DNA of 64,000 nt from Bacteroidota bacterium (GTDB lineage Bacteria > Bacteroidota > Bacteroidia > NS11-12g > UBA955): positions 200,724 to 264,723 of the forward strand of contig JAQCBH010000001.1 of assembly GCA_027621365.1 (NCBI GenBank). Reading direction: 5' to 3'. The notes beneath the pieces are model-generated. The model was not told the origin of the DNA and made no database searches. It saw only the letters and a list, made by a program, of their open reading frames with translations. Shown here in pieces: positions 47,986 to 58,674 of the stretch; the stretch's first letter is position 1; each line of letters starts with the position of its first letter. The translations under genes and the position numbers were made by a program.

Positions 47986-49257
47986 TTAGGAGTCGTGACG
48001 AAGGGCCTCAATGGGGTCCAACTTCGCTGCGCGCTGTGCGGGCAGTAATCCAGCGCCCAGGCCTACGGCTAAACAGACCAAAACAGACAATAGCATCCAG
48101 GCCCAGGGAACAATAAAGGAAGTACCCAAGGCCATTCCTACGCCATTGCCGATGGCCGTTCCGAGCACAATTCCTCCCAAACCGCCCAATTGGCAAATCA
48201 CCAAGGCTTCCACTAAAAATTGATTTCGTATCTGCTTTGGGGTTGCCCCTAAGCTTTTTCGAAGCCCAATTTCTTTGGTTCGCTCCGTTACGCTGACCAA
48301 CATGATGTTCATCAAGGATATGGCAGCCCCCAACAAGGTGATCACAGCTATGACTGTTCCTAGGAGCCTTACCATTTTTAGATTCTCCAGAGCTTCTTTG
48401 GCCATAGCATCGCTTTGAACAAGGAAAAAATCAGCTTCTTGACCCGGAGACAATCGGCGTATTCGGCGCATGACCAAATAAGCCTCTCCCATCGCTTGGT
48501 TCAAATCAACCAAATCCGAAACTCCCACGGTGATCGTACAGTTTTCCTGAATGCGGGTAAAGTCTCGAGTGGCTCGGCTGATGGGGAGCAAAACTTGACG
48601 GTCCCCTCCTGACATACCCATGCTGGAGCCTTTTGATTTTAGTATCCCCGCTACTTTGTAGGATTTGCCATCTACTTTCACTTCTTCCCCCAACAACGAA
48701 GATGGCTTGGAACCTGCTAACTGTTTGGCCACTTCACTCCCTAGCCAAACAACGGGCAAGGCCAATTCTACATCGGCTGCACTAAGGCTACGGCCCACTT
48801 CTATTTCATAGGAAGACGATTGCAAATAATCATCGTCTACCCCCAAAACCCGAATGTTGGGATTGGTTTCTATCGAGCGTTCCTTTTGGGAACCCTGTCC
48901 TTTCAATATGCTGGATACTCGGCTATTGAAGCCCACATTCACTGACAAACTCACGGTGTATGCATCCGGCATACTGCGTTCAAATTCAGCAGCCTGTGCC
49001 ATTCGAATCTCCTCCCAATCGCTAAACTGCCCATTGCGCCGTAAGGAACCCGAATTTCGAATGGTAAATGACTGGGACCCCATCTTTGAAAAGGTCTGAG
49101 TAATGGCTTGACCCATGGCATCTATGCTGGTCAAAATGCCAACCAGTGCTGAGATACCAATGGCGATAATCAAAGCTGTGATGACGGCTCGAAGTGCATG
49201 TGCCCTGAGCGAACCCAATCCTTGGCGAACATTTTCTAGGGCAACTGACATGGTCAA
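47986..49257 (-). CDS. FtsX-like ABC transporter permease (MacB-type periplasmic domain)
   Basis: N-terminal TM helix, a large periplasmic domain, then three C-terminal TM helices with the FtsX signature (...LRKSLGATPKQI...). No ATPase gene lies adjacent. Confidence 0.8.
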   Translation of the reverse strand: MTMSVALENVRQGLGSLRAHALRAVITALIIAIGISALVGILTSIDAMGQAITQTFSKMGSQSFTIRNSGSLRRNGQFSDWEEIRMAQAAEFERSMPDAYTVSLSVNVGFNSRVSSILKGQGSQKERSIETNPNIRVLGVDDDYLQSSSYEIEVGRSLSAADVELALPVVWLGSEVAKQLAGSKPSSLLGEEVKVDGKSYKVAGILKSKGSSMGMSGGDRQVLLPISRATRDFTRIQENCTITVGVSDLVDLNQAMGEAYLVMRRIRRLSPGQEADFFLVQSDAMAKEALENLKMVRLLGTVIAVITLLGAAISLMNIMLVSVTERTKEIGLRKSLGATPKQIRNQFLVEALVICQLGGLGGIVLGTAIGNGVGMALGTSFIVPWAWMLLSVLVCLAVGLGAGLLPAQRAAKLDPIEALRHDS

Positions 49258-49602
49258 TTAGGCGGAAAAAGATTGCCCGCAACCGCAGGTTTCAGAAGCA
49301 TTGGGATTGTTAAAGGAAAACCCTCGGTTGTTCAATCCATTTTCCCAATCGACCTCCATACCTAGCACATACATGATGTGGGCTTTGTTGAGCACAACGG
49401 GAATGCCTTCCACTTCGTAATGTGAATCCTTATCGGTGATTTCCTGATCGAAGGCCAAGAGATAAGACATACCGCTGCATCCGCCGCCCTTGACTCCAAT
49501 GCGCAAATGGGAGCGATCTTTCATCTCAAGGGCATCGTACAAACGGTGCAATTCTTCAAGGGCACCGGGAGTGAACTGAACGGGAACCGTAGACGTACTC
49601 AT
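49258..49602 (-). CDS. IscA/HesB/ErpA family iron-sulfur cluster insertion protein
   Basis: 114 aa with the conserved Cys in GGGCSG and a C-terminal CGCGQSF motif. Confidence 0.85.
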   Translation of the reverse strand: MSTSTVPVQFTPGALEELHRLYDALEMKDRSHLRIGVKGGGCSGMSYLLAFDQEITDKDSHYEVEGIPVVLNKAHIMYVLGMEVDWENGLNNRGFSFNNPNASETCGCGQSFSA

Positions 49603-49674
49603 GATGCAAATTTACCCCAAATTGTCGGACATGGGCATGGCCCCCTGTCGGGCAAAGCCTGTATCTTTGTCGAA

Positions 49675-50187
49675 ATGGAATCCTGGATCAGCTTATTGCT
49701 CTTCACCGTAGGCATCTTGGGGGTTAGCCTGTTATTGATACAGAGCTTCACCAAAACGAGCCTGGCTATGCTTCGGGGAGAAATTCTCAAACAAAACAAC
49801 GACAAGTTGAGTTCACTCAAGCTTCAAGCCTTTGAACGGCTGACCTTATACTTGGAGCGAAACAGCGTTCCTAGCTTGATTCAGAGCTTTGGCCAAAACC
49901 AGGGCAGCGCAGCAGCGTTTCGCGCGGCAGCCGTCGCCAACATCAATGAAGAGTTCAACTACAACCTGTCGCAGCAAATCTATGTCAGCAAGCAATCTTG
50001 GGGAGCCGTCAAAGTAGTGCGTGAGCAAACCCTGCAATTGCTGCACATGGAATTCGCTAAGCTACCCGCCGAGGCTACAGCCCTGGACCTGAGCCAAGCC
50101 TTGATCAAAGCCGTATCGGAAACAGAATTGCCTCACCTAAAGGCTATTGATGTCATCAAAGGGGAAATTCAACTGCTGTTCGAATGA
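49675..50187 (+). CDS. Hypothetical N-terminally anchored protein
   Basis: About 170 aa from the internal Met [31 protein letters not shown] (-7-like) motif sits 8-15 nt upstream. Its stop overlaps the mutase start (ATGA). Confidence 0.4.
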   Translation: MESWISLLLFTVGILGVSLLLIQSFTKTSLAMLRGEILKQNNDKLSSLKLQAFERLTLYLERNSVPSLIQSFGQNQGSAAAFRAAAVANINEEFNYNLSQQIYVSKQSWGAVKVVREQTLQLLHMEFAKLPAEATALDLSQALIKAVSETELPHLKAIDVIKGEIQLLFE

Positions 50188-51731
50188 GCCAAGAGAAAAA
50201 AACCAGCAGCGGGTTTTCCGTAGACCGTATATACAAGGCCGCCGGCTCACAGGAAGATGCTGGCAAATTCCCCTTTACTCGAGGAGTTCGAAGCGACATG
50301 TACCGCGGGCGTCCTTGGACCATGCGCCAATATGCCGGTTTTTCAACCGCTGAAGAAAGCAACAAACGCTACCACTTTCTTTTGAATCAAGGTACAACCG
50401 GCCTTTCGGTTGCTTTTGATTTGCCCACTCAAATTGGGTACGACAGCGACCATCCCATGAGCGAAGGCGAAGTCGGAAAAGTCGGCGTGGCCATTGATTC
50501 ACTCGAAGACATGGAACGCCTGTTTGATGGCATTCAACTGGAAAACATTTCCACCAGTATGACCATCAACGCTTCAGCCTCTTCCCTTCTGGCTATGTAT
50601 GTTGCGTTGGCAAAGAAGCAGGGTGCTGACCTGAGCCAATTGGCCGGAACCATTCAAAACGACCTATTAAAGGAATATGCAGCACGGGGAACCTATATCT
50701 ATCCGGTTCGCCCCAGCATGCGCATCATCACCGATATATTCGAATGGTGCAGCCAAGAATTGCCCAAATGGAACACCATTTCCATCAGCGGATACCACAT
50801 TCGAGAAGCAGGAGCCACAGCGGCCCAAGAACTGGCCTTTACTCTAGCCAACGGCAAAGCCTATGCGCAAGCCGCTCTGGACAAAGGCTTGGATATCGAC
50901 GTATTTGGCAAACGCCTTTCCTTTTTCTTCAATGCCCACAACCAGGTTTTTGAAGAGGTCGCCAAATTCCGAGCCGCCCGTCGCATGTGGGCCCACATCA
51001 TGAAGGATCTGGGGGCTACTGACGACAAAGCCATGATGCTTCGTTTCCACACCCAAACCGGAGGTTCCACTTTGACGGCTCAACAGCCCGAAAACAACAT
51101 CGCCCGAGTCACCTTGCAAGCGCTGGCTGCTGTTTTGGGTGGAACCCAAAGCCTGCACACCAACGGATACGACGAAGCACTGAATTTGCCTACCGAGAAA
51201 GCAGCCCAAATCGCATTGAGAACCCAACAAATCATTGCTTTTGAAAGTGGAGTTACAGACACAGTCGACCCACTAGCCGGTAGTCACTATATCGAACACC
51301 TGACCGACACCATCGAAGCAGCCGCTTGGGAACTCCTCAAAAAGATGGACGACATGGGAGGAGCCGTTGCCTGCGTAGAATCGGGTTGGATGCAAGAGCA
51401 AATTGCCCGAAGCAGTTACGAATACCAAAAAGACGTCGAAGCCGGTGAGCAAATCGTGGTCGGAGTCAACCGCTTCCAAAGCACCCAAAAGGAAGCTCCC
51501 GCCTCTTTCAAAATCGATGATGCGATTCGTTTGACCCAGAGCCAACGATTGGCCGAATTGAAGACCAAACGAAATTCGAAGAGAGTTCAGGAAGCACTTC
51601 AAGAACTGGAAGCCGCCGCTAAGGGTACAGACAACCTGATGCCCTGCATTCTAAAGGCGGTAGAAGAGTACGCCACTCTTGGAGAAATCTCTGATTGCCT
51701 GCGTGTCGTGTTCGGAGAATACCAAGGATAA
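50184..51731 (+). CDS. Methylmalonyl-CoA mutase family large-subunit (substrate-binding TIM-barrel domain only; no B12-binding domain)
   Basis: 515 aa matching the MCM N-terminal domain (…[23 protein letters not shown]…). It lacks the C-terminal DxHxxG cobalamin-binding domain. Confidence 0.85.
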   Translation: MSQEKKTSSGFSVDRIYKAAGSQEDAGKFPFTRGVRSDMYRGRPWTMRQYAGFSTAEESNKRYHFLLNQGTTGLSVAFDLPTQIGYDSDHPMSEGEVGKVGVAIDSLEDMERLFDGIQLENISTSMTINASASSLLAMYVALAKKQGADLSQLAGTIQNDLLKEYAARGTYIYPVRPSMRIITDIFEWCSQELPKWNTISISGYHIREAGATAAQELAFTLANGKAYAQAALDKGLDIDVFGKRLSFFFNAHNQVFEEVAKFRAARRMWAHIMKDLGATDDKAMMLRFHTQTGGSTLTAQQPENNIARVTLQALAAVLGGTQSLHTNGYDEALNLPTEKAAQIALRTQQIIAFESGVTDTVDPLAGSHYIEHLTDTIEAAAWELLKKMDDMGGAVACVESGWMQEQIARSSYEYQKDVEAGEQIVVGVNRFQSTQKEAPASFKIDDAIRLTQSQRLAELKTKRNSKRVQEALQELEAAAKGTDNLMPCILKAVEEYATLGEISDCLRVVFGEYQG

Positions 51732-51927
51732 AATCTGCCTGCTCTTCATCAACTTTTGTACTACGATTTTTTTAAAAAAACAAGCGAAAAAAATTAGCAC
51801 AATGTGAATTTTGTGTCTTTCTTAGCGTCTTGTTAGGAACTTTTCTAGAACCCCTACTCATCAATGAGTTAAAGTTTATAGAAATCCACATTTTTACGCT
51901 AAAAACCGATTTATACGAAAGACCTCT
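51732..51927. promoter_or_regulatory. AT-rich dnaA upstream region with DnaA-box-like motifs (candidate oriC/dnaA promoter)
   Basis: The region is far more AT-rich than its flanks. It contains AAATCCACA (51878-51886), which has 2 mismatches to TTATCCACA, and TGTGAATTT (51803-51811). There are also A/T tracts (TTTTTTTAAAAAAA). Confidence 0.3.
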
Positions 51928-53367
51928 ATGGAAAAAAAGTCGCACGAAGTTGTCTGGCAGGAATGCCTCCGAGTTTTCAAAGACAACGTCAACCCTCAAA
52001 CTTTCAAGACATGGTTTGAACCCATCAAACCGGTGCGACTTTCAAACAAAGTCTTGACCATACAGGTACCCAGTCAATTCTTCTACGAATGGCTGGAGGA
52101 GCACTTCGTTCAATTGTTGCACAAGACCCTAAAGAAGGTCATTGGGCCCACCGCTAAGTTGGAATACAACATTGTCATAGAGAATGGCAATAGCGCGGGC
52201 CACCAACCCTACACCATCAACCTTCCGACAGGCTCATCGTCCAAGCCCGTACAGAACGAGTTGGGAATGCCCATCAATTTGGACTCTCCCATTAAAAACC
52301 CGTTCATCATTCCCGGCTTGAAGCGAATGAACATCGACAGCCAGCTGAATCCTCGCTACACCTTCGACAACTTTGTGGAGGGCGATTGCAACAAGTTGGC
52401 TCGCAATGCTGGTTTGGCCATTGCTCAAAAACCTGGCGGCACAGCCTTTAACCCCCTGATGGTTTTCGGCGGATGCGGCTTGGGCAAAACTCATTTGGCT
52501 CACGCCATTGGGAACTTGATCAAGCAAACCCACAAACAGAAAGTGGTGGTCTTTGTATCGGCTGAAAAATTCATCAACCAATTCATTGACTCGGCCAAAC
52601 AAGGAAACAACAATCAGTTTGTCAATTTCTACCAATACTTGGATGTGTTGATTGTGGACGACGTGCAGTTCTTCTCAAAAAAGGAGCGCACCCAGGAAGT
52701 GTTCTTCCAAATCTTCAATCACTTGCACCAAAACGGCAAACAAATCATTTTGACCTGCGATCGCGCACCCAAAGATTTGAAGAACATGGACGAGCGTTTG
52801 CTCAGCCGCTTCAAATGGGGATTGAGCGCCGACTTGGGTACGCCTGATTTCGATACCCGTGTAGCCATCTTGGAAAACAAGATGTACCAGGACGGAATCA
52901 CCTTGCACAAGGACGTGGTGGAATACTTGGCCCACAACATCGATACCAATGTTCGAGAACTCGAAGGCGCTTTGATTTCACTTCTGGCCCAAGGTTCATT
53001 GACACGCAAACAGCTCGATCTGAATTTGGCCAAGCAGATCGTGAAGAATTTTGTCAAGAACTCTACCCGCGAAATTTCGATCGATTACATTCAGAAATTG
53101 GTCTGCGACTTCTACAACATTCCTGTTGAAGCCGTGAAGTCCAAGACGCGCAAGCGCGAAATCGTGCAGGCCCGTCAAATTGCCATGTATTTCACCAAAG
53201 ACCTCACCAAGGCTTCCTTGAAAAACATCGGCATATTCTTCGGCGGCCGCGACCACTCTACCGTGATTCACGCTTGCCAAACGGTAAACGACTTGATGGA
53301 GACCGATAAGAAATTCCGCAACGATGTGGAAGAAATCGAGAAACGCATCAAGATCAACACCTTTTAA
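51928..53367 (+). CDS. dnaA: Chromosomal replication initiator protein DnaA
   Basis: AAA+ Walker A (GGCGLGKTHL), Walker B (VLIVDDVQF) and a C-terminal DNA-binding domain (...IVQARQIAMYFTKDLT...). Confidence 0.95.
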   Translation: MEKKSHEVVWQECLRVFKDNVNPQTFKTWFEPIKPVRLSNKVLTIQVPSQFFYEWLEEHFVQLLHKTLKKVIGPTAKLEYNIVIENGNSAGHQPYTINLPTGSSSKPVQNELGMPINLDSPIKNPFIIPGLKRMNIDSQLNPRYTFDNFVEGDCNKLARNAGLAIAQKPGGTAFNPLMVFGGCGLGKTHLAHAIGNLIKQTHKQKVVVFVSAEKFINQFIDSAKQGNNNQFVNFYQYLDVLIVDDVQFFSKKERTQEVFFQIFNHLHQNGKQIILTCDRAPKDLKNMDERLLSRFKWGLSADLGTPDFDTRVAILENKMYQDGITLHKDVVEYLAHNIDTNVRELEGALISLLAQGSLTRKQLDLNLAKQIVKNFVKNSTREISIDYIQKLVCDFYNIPVEAVKSKTRKREIVQARQIAMYFTKDLTKASLKNIGIFFGGRDHSTVIHACQTVNDLMETDKKFRNDVEEIEKRIKINTF

Positions 53368-53378
53368 TTCCCCTTGAC

Positions 53379-53747
53379 ATGCCCCGTTTTGACCAAACGG
53401 TATCTTACGCTTGGAATGGCGTTTTGAAACTCATTCGCGGTGAGCGACAGTTTCGCATCATCATGGCCGTGATGATCATCGTTCTGATCACGGGCTATGC
53501 ATTGGATTTCGCCGGTCAGCACTTGAATCGATACGAATGGGCCATCATTTGGTTGGCCATGGGCCTGGTCATGGTTTCTGAAGCGTTGAACAGCGCCTTG
53601 GAAAAAGCCCTAGACCGCTTGCACCCTGAGCAACATGCTGACATCGGCGATTCAAAAGACATGGCGGCGGCGGCCACGTTTTTGGCCAGCACCATTGCGG
53701 TGATCGTAGGTCTTTACATCCTACTCCCGCACCTTCTCGCCTTGTAA
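53379..53747 (+). CDS. dgkA: Diacylglycerol kinase family protein
   Basis: 122 aa with three TM helices and DgkA signature residues (…EALNSALE…). Confidence 0.8.
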   Translation: MPRFDQTVSYAWNGVLKLIRGERQFRIIMAVMIIVLITGYALDFAGQHLNRYEWAIIWLAMGLVMVSEALNSALEKALDRLHPEQHADIGDSKDMAAAATFLASTIAVIVGLYILLPHLLAL

Positions 53748-53798
53748 GACCAGAAGATTCCTTTCTTCTAAAGGATTTCCCACTTGCGCAGCTGAGGC

Positions 53799-55568
53799 TT
53801 ACAAGCCCAATTCTTTGCGCTGCTCGGCCGCTATGGGGCTTGGGGCATCAATCATTACATCACGACCGCTGTTGTTTTTCGGGAACGCAATGAAGTCGCG
53901 AATGCTATCGCTGCCTCCAAAGAGGCTGCACAATCGATCAAAGCCAAGCGCAATTCCACCGTGTGGAGGGGCTCCGTATTCAAAGGCATTCATCAAGAAA
54001 CCAAACTGAGCCTTGGCCTCTTCTGGGCTAAAGCCCAAAAGATCAAACATCTGAGCTTGCAAGCCGCGATCGTGTATACGAATCGAGCCGCCTCCAATTT
54101 CTACTCCATTGATGACCAAATCATAAGCATTGGCGCGAACCTCTCCAGGGGCTGTAGCCATCAAGCCGCGATCTTCGGGCAAGGGAGAAGTGAATGGATG
54201 GTGCATGGCATGGAAACGCCCTGACTCTTCATCCCATTCCAACAAGGGAAAATCAACTACCCACAAAGGCTTGAACACCTTGGGGTCGCGCAAGCCCAAC
54301 TCAGCAGCCACAAGCAAACGCAGCTCGCCCAATTGCTTACGGGTTTTGTGCAGATCACCCGCCATGACGAGCATCAAATCACCAGGCTTGGCACCGGCAG
54401 CCTGGACCCAGGTTTGCAGATATTCGGCATCGTAGAATTTATCAACCGAAGACTTCAAAGAGCCGTCAGCCTCTACTCGACACCAAACCAAGCCCTTGGA
54501 GCCGATTTGAGGACGCTTGACCCAATCGGTCAAGGCATCGAGTTGTTTGCGGGTATAAGTGGCGGCGCCTTCCACGCAAATAGCCAGAACCGCTTCGACG
54601 GAATCAAAAACGACAAAGTCTTTGCCACTGATGAGATCTTGAGCCGCACCCGGCGCCTTCAATTCCACAAAGGGCATACCGAAGCGCAGATCGGGCTTAT
54701 CACTGCCGTAATAACGCATGGCCGTATCGTAGGTCATGCGCTCGAAAGTCTCGAACGACAATCCCTTCACCGATTGGAACAAATGCTTGACCATACCTTC
54801 GAATACTTCCAAGATATCGTCTCGCTCCACAAAGCTCATTTCGCAGTCAATCTGGGTAAACTCAGGCTGGCGATCGGCTCTCAAATCTTCGTCTCTGAAA
54901 CATTTGACAATCTGGAAATACTTGTCAAATCCTGATACCATCAAAAGCTGCTTGAAGGTCTGAGGGCTTTGAGGCAGAGCATACCATTCTCCGGGATTCA
55001 ATCGTGAGGGAACCACGAAGTCGCGAGCTCCTTCGGGTGTACTTTTGATCAAGACGGGGGTTTCAACCTCCAAAAAGCCCTGATCAGACAAGTAATTGCG
55101 AACAGCAGAACCCAAGCGGTGACGAAGTTCCAAATTGGCCCTTACCGAATCGCGACGAAGGTCCAAATAGCGGTATTGCATGCGAATGTCGTCGCCACCA
55201 TCGGTTTCGTTCTCTATGGTGAACGGTGGGGTTTTGCTGCTGTTTAGCACGGTCAACACCTCCACGATCAATTCAATTTCACCCGTAGCAATTTGCTTGT
55301 TCTTGGACTCGCGTTCGGCCACACGGCCTTCGGCCTGAATGACAAATTCACGACCCAATTCAGCGGCTTGATCTAGCAAAGCTTGGTCATAACCTTCATT
55401 GAAAGACAATTGAGTGATGCCGTACCGATCTCGCAAATCCACAAAGGCCATGCTTCCCATGTGTCGAACACGGGCAACCCAACCAGCCAATTTCACGCGC
55501 TGCCCCACATGGGCGATGCGCAATTCTCCACAAGTATGCGAGCGGTACATGGGTGCAAAAATACCCAA
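53799..55568 (-). CDS. aspS: Aspartate--tRNA ligase
   Basis: 589 aa with an N-terminal OB fold and class II motifs (…[18 protein letters not shown]…, …GGGSIRIHD…). Confidence 0.95.
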   Translation of the reverse strand: MGIFAPMYRSHTCGELRIAHVGQRVKLAGWVARVRHMGSMAFVDLRDRYGITQLSFNEGYDQALLDQAAELGREFVIQAEGRVAERESKNKQIATGEIELIVEVLTVLNSSKTPPFTIENETDGGDDIRMQYRYLDLRRDSVRANLELRHRLGSAVRNYLSDQGFLEVETPVLIKSTPEGARDFVVPSRLNPGEWYALPQSPQTFKQLLMVSGFDKYFQIVKCFRDEDLRADRQPEFTQIDCEMSFVERDDILEVFEGMVKHLFQSVKGLSFETFERMTYDTAMRYYGSDKPDLRFGMPFVELKAPGAAQDLISGKDFVVFDSVEAVLAICVEGAATYTRKQLDALTDWVKRPQIGSKGLVWCRVEADGSLKSSVDKFYDAEYLQTWVQAAGAKPGDLMLVMAGDLHKTRKQLGELRLLVAAELGLRDPKVFKPLWVVDFPLLEWDEESGRFHAMHHPFTSPLPEDRGLMATAPGEVRANAYDLVINGVEIGGGSIRIHDRGLQAQMFDLLGFSPEEAKAQFGFLMNAFEYGAPPHGGIALGFDRLCSLFGGSDSIRDFIAFPKNNSGRDVMIDAPSPIAAEQRKELGL

Positions 55569-55612
55569 TTCAGAACGGCCAAACTGCCTAGTCCTAAGAA
55601 ATTAACAGCAAA

Positions 55613-56653
55613 TCAATGGCTCTGGGGCCAGCCTTGGGCTTTGATATCAAATGCCGATCCTGCTCGGGTAACCAATCGAATGCTTCCGGCCGCTTCTGTA
55701 GCATGACCAATGATGCTAAAATCGACGTGTTTGTTGATCTTCTCGTAATCACTCTGGGCAATGGTGAACAAGATCTCAAAGTCTTCTCCCCCATTCAAAG
55801 CCACGACGCTGGGATTCAAATCAAAACTGACGGCCGTGTCCAAGGTTTGAGGATCAATGGGAAGTTTTTCTTCGTACACATCAAAACCCACGCCCGAATG
55901 CTTGGCCAAATGGTGCAATTCAGATGCCACTCCATCACTCACATCGATGGCCGAGGTGGGCAGAACGTTCTTTTCCGCCCAGGTTTGAACGACATCCATT
56001 CGTGCATCGGGCTTCAGTTGACGCCCCACAATGTAATCGTAAGGCTCCAAGTCGGGTTGCATGTCCGGATGTTCCGAAAACACTCGTTTCTCCCGCTCCA
56101 ATATCTGCAAACCCATATAGGCCCCACCCAAATCTCCACTCACACAGAGCAAATCTCCGGGTTTGGCTCCCGAACGACGGGTAATTTTCTTTTTATCGAC
56201 CCAGCCATAGGCTTGAATTCCAAGGGCTAATCCGCTGCGAGAAGAGGAGGTATCGCCCCCAATCAAATCCAATTTGTATTGCTCACAGGCAATTTGAATG
56301 CCGGCGTACAAGTCCTCAACGGCCTCCAGCGAGAATCGATTGCTCAAGCCAATGTTGACCGCAATCTGCTCGGGAGTGCCGTTCATGGCCAAGATGTCGC
56401 TCACCCCCGCTACCACGAGTTTGAATCCCAAATGTTTCAGCGGATGAAAAGCCAAGTCAAAGTGTACGCCCTCCAAATAGAGCTCAGAACTCAAGAGGCC
56501 ATAGGTCTTGGAATCGCGCGACAAAACCGCCGCGTCATCGCCAGGCCCAATCACACTCGACTTGTTCTTCAAGGGAAAATGCTCCACCAAGTGATCGATC
56601 AAGCCGAACTCACCCAGGGCAGAAATATCGGTACGGGAACCAGACTCCAACAT
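55613..56653 (-). CDS. thiL: Thiamine-monophosphate kinase
   Basis: 346 aa with the AIR-synthase-related fold. The N-terminus GEFGLIDHL... is typical of ThiL. Confidence 0.85.
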   Translation of the reverse strand: MLESGSRTDISALGEFGLIDHLVEHFPLKNKSSVIGPGDDAAVLSRDSKTYGLLSSELYLEGVHFDLAFHPLKHLGFKLVVAGVSDILAMNGTPEQIAVNIGLSNRFSLEAVEDLYAGIQIACEQYKLDLIGGDTSSSRSGLALGIQAYGWVDKKKITRRSGAKPGDLLCVSGDLGGAYMGLQILEREKRVFSEHPDMQPDLEPYDYIVGRQLKPDARMDVVQTWAEKNVLPTSAIDVSDGVASELHHLAKHSGVGFDVYEEKLPIDPQTLDTAVSFDLNPSVVALNGGEDFEILFTIAQSDYEKINKHVDFSIIGHATEAAGSIRLVTRAGSAFDIKAQGWPQSH

Positions 56654-56668
56654 GGAGCAAAGATAGCG

Positions 56669-58114
56669 CTAGCTCAAGGATACACAGACATTCTTGGGCT
56701 CGGTAAAGAAGCGCATGGCTTCCCATCCCCCTTCCCGGCCCACGCCACTGCTCTTCGCCCCGCCAAAGGGAGTGCGCAAATCGCGCAGAAGCCAGCAGTT
56801 GATCCACACGATTCCCATCTGCAGTTGGGACGCCATTCGGTGAGCACGGGTCAAATTTTCTGTCCATAAGGTAGCCGCCAAGCCATATTCGGTCGAATTG
56901 GCCATCATCAAGACCTCCTCTTCTGAATCAAATGGAGTCAGGGTAATCACCGGGCCGAATATTTCTTCTTGGTTGCTACGGCAATCGAAAGCCAAATTCT
57001 CCAAGATAGTCGGAGCAATGTACCAACCCTGTTCATGGCCTTCTGGAAACACAGCATGGCCACCGGCCAATATTGTGGCTCCCTCTTGTTTGGCCAACTC
57101 AATATAAGAAAGCACCTTCTCGTAATGTGGCTTGCTAACAATGGCTCCCATTCGAACATCTTGCGCATCGGGAGGACCCACTTTCATTTCTTTGGCCGCT
57201 TGCACCAATTGGGCTTTCACCTCTTCGTACACGGAGCGCTCAATGAACACACGGCTCCCACAAAGACAGATTTCGCCCTGGTTCAAAAAGGAGCTGCTGA
57301 CTGTTGTTTTGACGGCCTTGTCCAATTGGGCATCGGCGAAAATCATGTTGGGGTTCTTGCCTCCCAACTCCAGAGACAGCTTCTTGAACATGGGGGCCGC
57401 AGTGGCGGCCAAGTGCTTACCAGTAGCCGTTCCTCCTGTAAAGGAAATGGCCTTTATTCCGGGGTGTTCCACCATGGATTGACCCACTGAAGGGCCCAAA
57501 CCTTGTACGATGTTCAAAACGCCGGCAGGCAAGCCTGCATCTTGGCAAATTTGACCCAACATCCAAGCGGTCACGGGGGTAAACTCACTGGGCTTTGCGA
57601 TGACGCAGTTTCCTGCGGCCAAAGCAGGGGCTATTTTCCAGCTGAACAAATACAGCGGCAGATTCCAAGGGCTGATGCAGCCCACCACCCCGATGGGTTG
57701 ACGAAGCGTATAATTGATTGCCTTGTCTTCCATGGCATGGCTCTCAGAGGCAAATTGCACGGCCGCAGTGGCAAAAAAACGGAAATTCTGCGCCGAGCGA
57801 ATCATTTCATTGCGGGCCAACCAAACCGGCTTGCCTTGATCCTTGCTCTCAGCCCTAGCCAGCTCTTCGCGACGCTCATCGATCAACTCCGCAATGCGAT
57901 TCAACACTTGAAAACGCTGCTCGGCAGGTGTGACTGACCATGCCGGGAAAGCCTGTTTAGCCGCCTCATAGGCCGCCTGGACATCAGCCGATGATGAATC
58001 TGGCACCTTACCATAGGCTGCCCCTGTCGCGGGATTGTACAAAGGCAAATAGGCTCCATTGACAGGAGCGCTGTATTCACCTCCAATGAAATTGCTCAGT
58101 TGAAGATTGTTCAT
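56669..58114 (-). CDS. NAD(P)-dependent aldehyde dehydrogenase family protein
   Basis: 481 aa with the catalytic Cys region (FLNQGEICLCGSR) and Glu motif (LELGGKNP). Confidence 0.9.
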   Translation of the reverse strand: MNNLQLSNFIGGEYSAPVNGAYLPLYNPATGAAYGKVPDSSSADVQAAYEAAKQAFPAWSVTPAEQRFQVLNRIAELIDERREELARAESKDQGKPVWLARNEMIRSAQNFRFFATAAVQFASESHAMEDKAINYTLRQPIGVVGCISPWNLPLYLFSWKIAPALAAGNCVIAKPSEFTPVTAWMLGQICQDAGLPAGVLNIVQGLGPSVGQSMVEHPGIKAISFTGGTATGKHLAATAAPMFKKLSLELGGKNPNMIFADAQLDKAVKTTVSSSFLNQGEICLCGSRVFIERSVYEEVKAQLVQAAKEMKVGPPDAQDVRMGAIVSKPHYEKVLSYIELAKQEGATILAGGHAVFPEGHEQGWYIAPTILENLAFDCRSNQEEIFGPVITLTPFDSEEEVLMMANSTEYGLAATLWTENLTRAHRMASQLQMGIVWINCWLLRDLRTPFGGAKSSGVGREGGWEAMRFFTEPKNVCVSLS

Positions 58115-58674
58115 CGTGTTTGCAAATGTTCAGGGTTGTGAAGTTCGGCAAAAATCTCATACTCGCTGGGAGCGGCCCAAAGCGAGTTCTCTCTCACCCA
58201 AATTCGATAGCCCTTACCCGGCTGTACACTCAATTTCATGGATCTGTCCATCAAAAAGGAATGTGTTTGAATGTCCCACTCCAGGAGTTGAACCAATCCT
58301 CGTTTCTTCAACACTTGAAACTGCCGCAGATCGGCGGCGGTATCGCTGCACTCAAATCGCAGCAAGGACAAGCCTTGGGAAGAATCCAAGGTTTGGCGAT
58401 AAGCACCAAATCGCTTTTCAGCCAAAGCCAAATCGTAATTCAGAAACACGGCAAATTCTTGGACGAAATCACAACTATCCAACTCTTCTGTGTGAATATC
58501 CTCTCCATGAATGACGGTCTTGTAGCAGCCGGGTTGTTCTTTATCCAAGGCTTCAACCTGCCGATACAAATCTTGTGTATAGGTAGACCATTGATCATTG
58601 AAGGCCGACTTCTTTGTTTCAGAAGATTGGCAACCTACCCAGGCCAAAGCGGCCAAAAACATCCACTTAGCCAT
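58111..58674 (-). CDS. Hypothetical lipoprotein
   Basis: Lipobox ALAWVGC. 187 aa, and it overlaps the downstream aldehyde dehydrogenase start by 4 nt. Confidence 0.45.
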   Translation of the reverse strand: MAKWMFLAALAWVGCQSSETKKSAFNDQWSTYTQDLYRQVEALDKEQPGCYKTVIHGEDIHTEELDSCDFVQEFAVFLNYDLALAEKRFGAYRQTLDSSQGLSLLRFECSDTAADLRQFQVLKKRGLVQLLEWDIQTHSFLMDRSMKLSVQPGKGYRIWVRENSLWAAPSEYEIFAELHNPEHLQTR

